Of a stretch of 64,000 bases of DNA, positions 25,442 to 33,520 are shown in pieces (the stretch's first letter is position 1; each line of letters begins with the position of its first letter). Source of the stretch: a virus (Duplodnaviria; Caudoviricetes); IMG/VR virus record IMGVR_UViG_3300021400_000095; one strand, 5' to 3'. The notes beneath the pieces are model-generated. The model saw nothing but the letters and a program-made list of their open reading frames with translations. It was not told the origin of the DNA and searched no databases. The position numbers and the translations under genes are program-made.

Positions 25442-26662
25442 ATGACTAAATTAACAATTGAATATCTTAGAGAACATAACATGATTGCCTATGAATATAT
25501 TAGAGGGTCACATGCTTATGGCACTAACATTGAAACCTCTGATAAAGATATTGGAGGTGTTTACATTTGTCCAAAGGAAACTCTTGTTGGACTTAGATGC
25601 AATTATGTGGAACAGGTTGCTGATGAAAAAAATGATACTGTTTTCTATGAACTTGGTAGATGGGTTGAACTCCTTATGAAATCAAATCCAACTGCACTTG
25701 AAAGTTTGTTTATACCTGAAGATTGCATCATTGGTAAAATTCATCCAGCAGTACAACATATTCTTGACCATAGAGACCTTTTTGTTACTAAAGAATGCCT
25801 AAATCCTCTATTGGGTTATTCATATTCACAAATTGAAAAAGCAAAGGGTCTTAATAAGAAAATCAATATTCCTGAAGATTTCCAAAGAAAAGATATTCTT
25901 GATTTTTGCTATACTTTTAAGAATCAAGGAAGTCAACCAATTAAAGATTTTCTTAAAGAAAATTATCTTGACCAAAAATATTGTGGTCTTGTAAACATTC
26001 CTAACATGAAAGATGTTTATGGTGTTTACTATGATTGGGCTTCATATTTCAAATTTGAGAACATTGATTGGTATGATGCAAGTTTTCAAAGTGGTGGAAT
26101 TAAATACCCATTTTCAAAGTTCATCAAAGATTTTGAGCATGCATATATTAGAGATAGAATTAATGATAAGGTGTTTTTCCATTATTCTGGAATTGTTCAT
26201 CCTGATGAATTATCAAAGTCAAATGTTGTTAGATTGTCATCCATTCCAAAGGGTGAAAAGCCTATTTGTTTTATGACTTATAATAAAGATGGTTATGAAA
26301 GTCATTGTAAAAAATATAAAGAATGGGTAGATTGGAAAAAACATAGGAATCCTGTAAGGTATGAAAATAATAAAGGACATAACTATGATGCCAAAAATCT
26401 ATGCCATACAATTAGATTAATGACAATGGGTGTTGAACTTGCTGAAGGAAAAGGTTTCAATGTTAGAAGAAGTGGTGAAGATGTAAAGCATCTTCTTGCA
26501 ATTAGAAATCATGAAATGTCATATGATGAAATCATGGAAGAAGCAACCAATTTGAAAAAAATTTTTGATGAGAAAGTAAAAACAACAACTCTTCCTGATA
26601 AAATTGATATTTCTTTAGTTAATAAACTACTTATTGAAAGTAGAAGTATTGCTTATGAATGA
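25442..26662 (+). CDS. DNA-pol-beta superfamily nucleotidyltransferase (RlaP/YcgL-like)
   Basis: GSHAYGTNIETSDKDIGGVY, NPTALESLF, YDAKNLCHTIRL, LLAIR. Confidence 0.85.
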   Translation: MTKLTIEYLREHNMIAYEYIRGSHAYGTNIETSDKDIGGVYICPKETLVGLRCNYVEQVADEKNDTVFYELGRWVELLMKSNPTALESLFIPEDCIIGKIHPAVQHILDHRDLFVTKECLNPLLGYSYSQIEKAKGLNKKINIPEDFQRKDILDFCYTFKNQGSQPIKDFLKENYLDQKYCGLVNIPNMKDVYGVYYDWASYFKFENIDWYDASFQSGGIKYPFSKFIKDFEHAYIRDRINDKVFFHYSGIVHPDELSKSNVVRLSSIPKGEKPICFMTYNKDGYESHCKKYKEWVDWKKHRNPVRYENNKGHNYDAKNLCHTIRLMTMGVELAEGKGFNVRRSGEDVKHLLAIRNHEMSYDEIMEEATNLKKIFDEKVKTTTLPDKIDISLVNKLLIESRSIAYE

Positions 26663-26831
26663 AAGAAATTCTGATGGTCCAATAATATTTTATGAAGAAA
26701 ATCTTGGTATGTTTTCTGATTGGGGTGACCACATGGTAATGGAAAACAAGTTTATAAATAAAGATTGGTATGATTTTTTTGAAAAAGCAGATGTTGATGA
26801 TTTATTTCCAATAAAAAGGGAGCCTTATTAG
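26655..26831 (+). CDS. small hypothetical protein
   Basis: Overlaps stop of the upstream gene. Confidence 0.55.
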   Translation: MNERNSDGPIIFYEENLGMFSDWGDHMVMENKFINKDWYDFFEKADVDDLFPIKREPY

Positions 26832-26844
26832 GCCCCCTTTTCAT

Positions 26845-27687
26845 TTATAAATTGATTAGTTGTTCATCATCATTTTCTATATCTTCAATGTTATTAATTG
26901 TGAATTTGAAATATCCATGGTCTTTATTTGGTGTTTCAATATATTCATATGTATAATCATCCTTATCTGAAATATCCCAAACAACAAAACCATGTTCTGA
27001 AATGCTCTCACCAAAGTCTTTTTGATTTATTGATGAACAATATACAATTTTTACACCATTCTTTTTAATTTCCTGTTTCTTGTGAATATGGCCAGCAACA
27101 ACAAAATCACAATCTTCAAATATATTTGGGTCAATTCCATTCTCTGTTATGTTCCTTGTTGTTGTAATTGCACCATTAATATCAGCATGAATTAATCCAA
27201 CATATGTTTTATCTTCACCAAATTTAATCCTTGCAAATTGTGTATCAGGTGAATTAAAACCATCAAATGATGACCATAAACACCAAACAACATTGTCATC
27301 CTCAAAACAACCTGATTTATATTTAAGTTCCTTATCAAGATAAATAACATTCTTCATTTTTCCAAGTTCAAAAACAGGTGTTAAGGAATCAACCCTATCT
27401 GTATTGTTCATTAACATATCATGGTTTCCAGCAATGATAATTGTCTTTGTAACTTTACCTAACTCTGTAAGAAACCAATGGGCTGCAAGTATTGATTCAT
27501 TAGTGACATCTATCTTCTTGTGAAAAATATCACCAGCAACAACAATTCTTACATCACCATTATTTTTTTCTTCTTGCACAATTTTACTGCACTGCTTAAT
27601 AAATGTCTTTAAAATCTCCTTAAGGTCTTCAATTCCATTGAAATTTGGAATGTGTATGTCTGCACATGTAATAATCTTTGTTATCAT
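26845..27687 (-). CDS. SbcD/Mre11-like (T4 gp47-like) nuclease
   Basis: ADIHI, AGDIFH, AGNHD, GHIHK, YCSSINQKDFGE; TATTTTTG promoter at 27705-27712. Confidence 0.85.
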   Translation of the reverse strand: MITKIITCADIHIPNFNGIEDLKEILKTFIKQCSKIVQEEKNNGDVRIVVAGDIFHKKIDVTNESILAAHWFLTELGKVTKTIIIAGNHDMLMNNTDRVDSLTPVFELGKMKNVIYLDKELKYKSGCFEDDNVVWCLWSSFDGFNSPDTQFARIKFGEDKTYVGLIHADINGAITTTRNITENGIDPNIFEDCDFVVAGHIHKKQEIKKNGVKIVYCSSINQKDFGESISEHGFVVWDISDKDDYTYEYIETPNKDHGYFKFTINNIEDIENDDEQLINL

Positions 27688-27865
27688 AACAATATTTCTT
27701 TTTACAAAAATATAAAAATTTTTAGGAAAAAACAAATTAATAATAATCAATATTTTAATGCTTTAATTTGCATAACTTATTGATTATCCGAAAGTTATTT
27801 GGTTTTTTTTCCACATTTATTTACTATTTATATGTTAGTAAATAATAACAAAAAATACATAAAAT

Positions 27866-29821
27866 ATGAAATATTTACATAGGTTTAAAACCACTGAAGA
27901 TTTCAATCAAGAGTTTCATGGAGATGATTATAAAATTCCTTGGGTATCAGTTATAAGTGCTAATACAGATACTCTACAATATAACAAAACAAAAGAACAA
28001 GAAAAGGAAGAAGAAAGACAAAAAACACCATTGACATTTGAAATACAAAGTGATGGTAATATTATATGGAAAACAAATAGTGCAAGTGCACCAACAAGAA
28101 CAATTGAATATAGTAAGGACAATGGTGAAACATGGACAGAGATTACAAGTGCAACAGGTAATACTGCACCAAGTATCTCAGTAGTTTCTGGAGATACTGT
28201 TCAGTTTAGAGGTGATAATGAAAGTTATAGTGTATCTTCTTATTGTAATTGTTTTAGTGGAAGTACATGCAGTTTTAGTATTAAGGGCAATATAATGAGT
28301 TTAATTAATAGTACAGATTTTGCTACATTAACAACATTAGAAAGTGCATATACATTTGGTTATTTGTTTAGAAATTGTACTGGTTTAACTGATGCAAGTG
28401 AATTACTTTTACCTGCCACAACATTAGCAGATAATTGCTATACAAGTATGTTTTATATTTGTACTAGTTTAACAACTGCACCAGAATTACCTGCTACTAC
28501 TTTAGCAACTTATTGTTATTCTTCTATGTTTGCAGGTTGTACTAGTTTAACAACTGCACCAGAATTACCAGCAACTACTTTAGCATCTTATTGTTATTAT
28601 TATATGTTTGTAGGTTGTATTAGTTTAACAGGAGCACCAGAATTACCAGCAACTACTTTAACAGGAAATTGTTATTCATATATGTTTAATAGATGTACAA
28701 GTTTAGTAAATGCACCTGCATTACCAGCAACTACATTAGCAGGTTATTGTTATACTTGTATGTTTAGTGGTTGTACTAGTTTAACAGGTGTTCCTGTTAA
28801 TTATTTACCTGTTACAACATTAGCAAATAATTGTTATCAAAGTATGTTCCAAAGTTGTACTAGTTTAACAACTGCACCAGAATTACCTGCTGAAACATTA
28901 GCAGGAACTTGTTATTCTAGCATGTTTGCAGGTTGTACTAGTTTAACCACTTCACCAGAATTACCAGCTACTACTTTAGCAACAAGTTGTTATCAAAGTA
29001 TGTTTGCAGGTTGTACAAATTTAACACAAGCACCAGAATTACCAGCAACCACTTTAACAGGAAATTGTTATAATGGTATGTTTAGTGGTTGTACTAGTTT
29101 AACAGGTGTTCCTGTTAATTATTTACCTGTTACAACATTAGCAAATTGGTGTTATACAAGTATGTTTGCAGGTTGTACAAATTTAACACAAGCACCTGAA
29201 TTACCTGCTACTACTTTAGCAACTTATTGTTATTCATATATGTTTAATAGATGTACAAGTTTAGTAAATGCACCTGCATTACCAGCCACCACTTTAAAAG
29301 ATAGTTGTTATGAAGGTATGTTTTATGGTTGTACTAGTTTAACAACAGCACCTGAATTACCTGCTACTACTTTAGCAATTTATTGTTATAATAGTATGTT
29401 TAGAGGTTGTACTAGTTTAACAACAGCACCAGATTTACCAGCAACTACATTAGCAAGTAATTGTTATGGAAGTATGTTTTTTGCTTGTACTAGTTTAACT
29501 ACAGCACCAGAACTACCTGCAACTACATTAGCATCTAGTTGTTATTATGGAATGTTCCAAAATTGTACTAGTTTAACAACAGCACCAGATTTACCAGCCA
29601 CAACATTAGTACAAAGTTGTTATAGAGTAATGTTTAATGGTTGTAGTAATTTAAACTATATTAAATGTCTTGCTACTGATGTATCTGTAACTTACTGTAC
29701 AAATAATTGGGTAACTAATGTTGCATCTTCTGGTACATTTGTTAAAAATTCAGCAATGACAGGATGGACAACAGGTATTAGTGGTATTCCTGCAAACTGG
29801 ACTGTTCAGGATGCAAGTTAA
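27866..29821 (+). CDS. BspA-like leucine-rich-repeat protein (putative adhesin/receptor-binding)
   Basis: 16 repeats of PELPATTLxxxCYxxMFxxCTSLTTA; C-cap WVTNVASSGTFVK..GIPANW. Confidence 0.88.
   Translation: MKYLHRFKTTEDFNQEFHGDDYKIPWVSVISANTDTLQYNKTKEQEKEEERQKTPLTFEIQSDGNIIWKTNSASAPTRTIEYSKDNGETWTEITSATGNTAPSISVVSGDTVQFRGDNESYSVSSYCNCFSGSTCSFSIKGNIMSLINSTDFATLTTLESAYTFGYLFRNCTGLTDASELLLPATTLADNCYTSMFYICTSLTTAPELPATTLATYCYSSMFAGCTSLTTAPELPATTLASYCYYYMFVGCISLTGAPELPATTLTGNCYSYMFNRCTSLVNAPALPATTLAGYCYTCMFSGCTSLTGVPVNYLPVTTLANNCYQSMFQSCTSLTTAPELPAETLAGTCYSSMFAGCTSLTTSPELPATTLATSCYQSMFAGCTNLTQAPELPATTLTGNCYNGMFSGCTSLTGVPVNYLPVTTLANWCYTSMFAGCTNLTQAPELPATTLATYCYSYMFNRCTSLVNAPALPATTLKDSCYEGMFYGCTSLTTAPELPATTLAIYCYNSMFRGCTSLTTAPDLPATTLASNCYGSMFFACTSLTTAPELPATTLASSCYYGMFQNCTSLTTAPDLPATTLVQSCYRVMFNGCSNLNYIKCLATDVSVTYCTNNWVTNVASSGTFVKNSAMTGWTTGISGIPANWTVQDAS
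28410..29650 (+). repeat. ~72-bp tandem coding repeats (LRR)
   Basis: Recurring TGTACTAGTTTAACA..CCAGAATTACC at 72/78-bp spacing. Confidence 0.9.
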
Positions 29822-29856
29822 TTCTTAAATAAAACTATATCATATAAAAAAAAATT

Positions 29857-29884
29857 AAACCACTGAATTACTCAGTGGTTTTTT
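29857..29884. terminator. bidirectional intrinsic terminator
   Basis: AAACCACTGA/TCAGTGGTTT hairpin between convergent genes. Confidence 0.75.
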
Positions 29885-30285
29885 ATTTTTTCACAAATAA
29901 AATCAGTTATTGCTGATGTTTTGTCATTAATTTCTTCCAGTAAATTTTTCAATGTTTTATTTCTATTATCCAAAGCTGAAACAATATCTTCAAGTTCCAT
30001 AAGGTCAAATATTTCATCCATAATATCTTCATGTCCATATACATAATCAGCAATATCACTACTTGTCATATTATCAAGGACATCAATTTCAAGATTATTG
30101 TTTTCAATTTCAGATACTAAATCAATATCATCATCTTTAACAAACCCAAATTCTTCAGCAATTTCTTGAATTTCATCATAATCAAGTTCACAAACTATTG
30201 ATTTAATAAAATCAACTTTATCCCAAGGGGTTAGGTTATCAATTTTATCAAAAATTTCTTTAAATTCAGGAGAATATTTATCCAT
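29872..30285 (-). CDS. acidic hypothetical protein
   Basis: ORF, D/E-rich. Confidence 0.7.
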   Translation of the reverse strand: MDKYSPEFKEIFDKIDNLTPWDKVDFIKSIVCELDYDEIQEIAEEFGFVKDDDIDLVSEIENNNLEIDVLDNMTSSDIADYVYGHEDIMDEIFDLMELEDIVSALDNRNKTLKNLLEEINDKTSAITDFICEKIKNH

Positions 30286-30305
30286 ATGCCAATATATTTT
30301 ATTTA

Positions 30306-30791
30306 TTAAAGTCCTGATTGTGTGCTAAAAAAATGTTTATTTCCACCACCAATAACATGAACATTGCCACTAATTTCCACAATATCAACATCACCTTGAA
30401 AGTCTTCAATTATAGCAGCACACCAAGGATGTTCTTTTATCCACAATTTATTTTTATCAGAAAGTTTATCATATTCAAAAACACCAACTGAACCTGCATC
30501 AGCACAAAACTCACCCAATGTTTTTTCCTTTAGCCATTTTTCTCTAAATTCATGAAATTCATTTGCAAGTTTTTCCTTTTCTTCCTCACTTTTTCCAGTG
30601 AAATTATAAGTGTTGAAAAACTCAAAATATTTTTCATCCCATTGCTTATAATCTTCATTTTCACCAAAAATGCCTGGATATACCATACAAGACCAATCAC
30701 CATAATTAGTGCCTCTATGCATTAAACATGCTTCATATGCATTTTTCAAATAACAAGGGTCTGTAATCACAATTGTTCCTTTTACTTTCAT
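30306..30791 (-). CDS. hypothetical protein (ITDPCY / GEFCADAG family)
   Basis: ITDPCY, TNYGDW, FCADAGSVGVF motifs. Confidence 0.7.
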   Translation of the reverse strand: MKVKGTIVITDPCYLKNAYEACLMHRGTNYGDWSCMVYPGIFGENEDYKQWDEKYFEFFNTYNFTGKSEEEKEKLANEFHEFREKWLKEKTLGEFCADAGSVGVFEYDKLSDKNKLWIKEHPWCAAIIEDFQGDVDIVEISGNVHVIGGGNKHFFSTQSGL

Positions 30792-30828
30792 AATATATAA
30801 AAATTTTATTTTATTTCATATACAAAAA

Positions 30829-31086
30829 TTATACCAAACTAAGTAAAAAACACCAAAATTTTTTAAAGAAATTATTTTTTTCTTCTTTTATTGGTTCAAT
30901 CTTTTCTTTTCTCTTATCTAAATCAAGATTAATTAATGCTTGATGATAATAATCATTATCAATTAATTCAATATCAGCATCATCAAGCCATCCACTATCA
31001 ATCTTTTCTTTCAATTGTTTCTGATTTTCTTTTACAACAATATTAGTTTTAATAATATCACTTTTTAAATCATTAATACTATCCAT
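30829..31086 (-). CDS. hypothetical protein
   Basis: ORF in operon context. Confidence 0.65.
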   Translation of the reverse strand: MDSINDLKSDIIKTNIVVKENQKQLKEKIDSGWLDDADIELIDNDYYHQALINLDLDKRKEKIEPIKEEKNNFFKKFWCFLLSLV

Positions 31087-31498
31087 TGTTTATTTCAATT
31101 GTATCATCATTATTTTCCATTTCTTGGCTGTTTACATTTCCTTCAGCAATATTCTCAAAAAATAATTCAATATGATTAATTATCCAAACAATTCCTGATG
31201 TAAAACAACAATCAAATAATAATGCCAACCACCATAAACCTGTTCCTGTAAGAAGTATATTAAATGGTGTAAATGCAACACTTTTGACAAAAAACCAATC
31301 AATCAATGATAATATCCAACCTAAATTTGCTGGAAAACACATCATACAACTGAACATAGTCCCAAAATGCTCAGAAATATTTGAACTAATGCTTCTTATA
31401 TGTTCAAATATATGAAATGGTCCACTACCAAACACTTGCATATTAGACCAACCATAGCATACAATACAATATAAAAATATAATTAAACCATTACTCAT
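31079..31498 (-). CDS. DUF1360-like membrane protein
   Basis: GPFHIFEHIR, CMMC motif, TM segments. Confidence 0.6.
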   Translation of the reverse strand: MSNGLIIFLYCIVCYGWSNMQVFGSGPFHIFEHIRSISSNISEHFGTMFSCMMCFPANLGWILSLIDWFFVKSVAFTPFNILLTGTGLWWLALLFDCCFTSGIVWIINHIELFFENIAEGNVNSQEMENNDDTIEINNG

Positions 31499-31508
31499 AA
31501 AATACTAT

Positions 31509-31829
31509 TTAAAGCCAATTTTCAAATAAAGGAGTTACCCTTGGTGCACTTCTCCAATTATTTATTTCTTCTTTTGTTATTAAACCATTTTGATAATCAA
31601 ACTCTCTTGCCAAATTTTTTAAAGCACCAATTAAATAATTGCCACCATCAAGTTCATTTAAATCCTGACCACCACTATTTGGTCCTATCCCAATCCTAAC
31701 AGTATGATATTGGCCATTACTGTTCATAATACAAACATTGATGTCACCATCATGACCAACATTGATTTTCAGTTCATTTCCTGAACCATCCAAATCTTTT
31801 AAAACAAAATCATTATAAGCATTATTCAT
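31509..31829 (-). CDS. hypothetical protein
   Basis: ORF in operon context. Confidence 0.7.
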   Translation of the reverse strand: MNNAYNDFVLKDLDGSGNELKINVGHDGDINVCIMNSNGQYHTVRIGIGPNSGGQDLNELDGGNYLIGALKNLAREFDYQNGLITKEEINNWRSAPRVTPLFENWL

Positions 31830-32295
31830 TTTTCTTAAACTTTTTATTGAATTGATTTTTCATGTTATTAATCATTTCATTAAATGCTAATTCAAATTCT
31901 TCCTTGGTTATGATTTTAATCTTATCTATTTCTTCTTTAAACTCTTTCTCTGAATTATTAGAAATGGTAAATTCTTTCATAAAATCAAACTCACACCAAG
32001 TTGCATCATAATAACCAGTAAATTCATAAGCAAATCCTATCCCCCTAAATGTTTTTTCAAAACAACAACTTGTTCTATGTTGTTCATATACCCAATCAAC
32101 TAACATGTAATCAACTATTGAACTATCTCTTTGATACTTTATATATTTACCCTCCAAATCATTCAAAGCATATTTTTTTAACTGTAAATTTATGATTTTA
32201 TCATGTATATCATGTAATTTTGAACTGACTTCAGTATACTCCTTCTCCAATTCCAATATTTTATTGTCAAGATTCTTGTTGTCTGTCTTCTTCAT
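31822..32295 (-). CDS. hypothetical protein
   Basis: ORF in operon context. Confidence 0.7.
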   Translation of the reverse strand: MKKTDNKNLDNKILELEKEYTEVSSKLHDIHDKIINLQLKKYALNDLEGKYIKYQRDSSIVDYMLVDWVYEQHRTSCCFEKTFRGIGFAYEFTGYYDATWCEFDFMKEFTISNNSEKEFKEEIDKIKIITKEEFELAFNEMINNMKNQFNKKFKKNE

Positions 32296-32716
32296 TGATA
32301 TTTTCCTCTTCATTTTTTACTTCTTTTTTCTTGGTTTTTGGCTTTGCCTTATAAACAAATTCATAATTCTTTAATCTTGAAATTGGTATTGTTTCATCCA
32401 TGAATATATCCTGTAATTCAAGTATCTTTTCCTTTAATAATTTGGCCCTTTCTTGGGCTGTTGTCATCTTTTCTATTGTATAATCAATTGCATCAAAAAT
32501 CTTTTCAAAACCAACTGCCATTTCAGCACAAAAATAATATGTCTCATTATCCTTTGCTACTGAAACACCAAATTTTTCTTCAACATCCTTACTTACAACC
32601 CATTTGTTGGGAAATATGACCATAATATATATTATGTTGTCATTGCCAACTTCCTGCACTTGCATCCCTTTAAAATAAGGCTTTATTTTCTCTATTCTGT
32701 TTCCAATATCAGCCAT
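32267..32716 (-). CDS. hypothetical protein
   Basis: First gene after TATATTTG promoter (32732-32739, minus). Confidence 0.75.
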   Translation of the reverse strand: MADIGNRIEKIKPYFKGMQVQEVGNDNIIYIMVIFPNKWVVSKDVEEKFGVSVAKDNETYYFCAEMAVGFEKIFDAIDYTIEKMTTAQERAKLLKEKILELQDIFMDETIPISRLKNYEFVYKAKPKTKKKEVKNEEENINEEDRQQES

Positions 32717-32787
32717 TCTTTACTTTTTCTACAAATATACATATATTTATTATAAAAATCAAGTAATTAGAAAAAAATCAAAATATT

Positions 32788-33438
32788 ATGGATAAGCAAA
32801 AACTACTTAAAATAATTGGAATTATTCTTGGTGTTGCCATTATATTTATTGGTGGTATCTATGTTGGAAAAAAAACAACACCAATAAAAACTGTTACAAT
32901 TACTAAATATGAAAAAGGTGAAACAATACATGATAGTATTGATAAACCTGTCCCTGTTTATATCAAACAAACAATTGATACAGGCAAATTCATTGCACAA
33001 TGTGTTAAAGATGGTGTGTTCTATGAACTTTTCCCTGAAAAAATTAAATATGATACACTTATACTTGATAAAACTGATTCAACAAAAATCATTGCTGACT
33101 ATTCTGCAAAAAGAGAATATAATGAAACACTCTTTGATTCAGATACACTTGGTACAATGAAAATTAAAACCTCTGTACAATATAATAGACTTGGTACTAT
33201 TAACTATAGTTTTACCCCTGTAACTAAAACAGTTGAAACAACAAAATATGTTGAAAGACATATCCTCCCTTTTGTTGGTGCTGGCCTTTCAACCTTCCCT
33301 TCATATGGTGCTGAAGCAGGTATGTTCATTAATAAATCTTGGGGATTCTCTGTCAATGGTAACTACTACCCAAATTACCAAAATATTCAAAACCTTCCAA
33401 AATTTGATGTTAGTGTGAAAGTACTTAAAATGTTCTAA
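32788..33438 (+). CDS. N-terminally anchored envelope protein, possible spanin
   Basis: N-terminal TM; C-terminal amphipathic beta strands ending in F. Confidence 0.5.
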   Translation: MDKQKLLKIIGIILGVAIIFIGGIYVGKKTTPIKTVTITKYEKGETIHDSIDKPVPVYIKQTIDTGKFIAQCVKDGVFYELFPEKIKYDTLILDKTDSTKIIADYSAKREYNETLFDSDTLGTMKIKTSVQYNRLGTINYSFTPVTKTVETTKYVERHILPFVGAGLSTFPSYGAEAGMFINKSWGFSVNGNYYPNYQNIQNLPKFDVSVKVLKMF

Positions 33439-33462
33439 TTTTATTTGTTACAATATAAAAAA

Positions 33463-33494
33463 AATAAAGGTTAGGATTTTTCCTAACCTTTATT
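33463..33494. terminator. bidirectional intrinsic terminator
   Basis: AATAAAGGTTAGGA/TCCTAACCTTTATT. Confidence 0.85.
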
Positions 33495-33520
33495 CATTTA
33501 TTTGTGCTATGCTACTATTA

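Noticed and set aside
28410-29650. CRISPR array or DGR variable region
   Set aside because: Repeats are in-frame coding LRR units; no template repeat with adenine-specific differences and no reverse transcriptase in the window.
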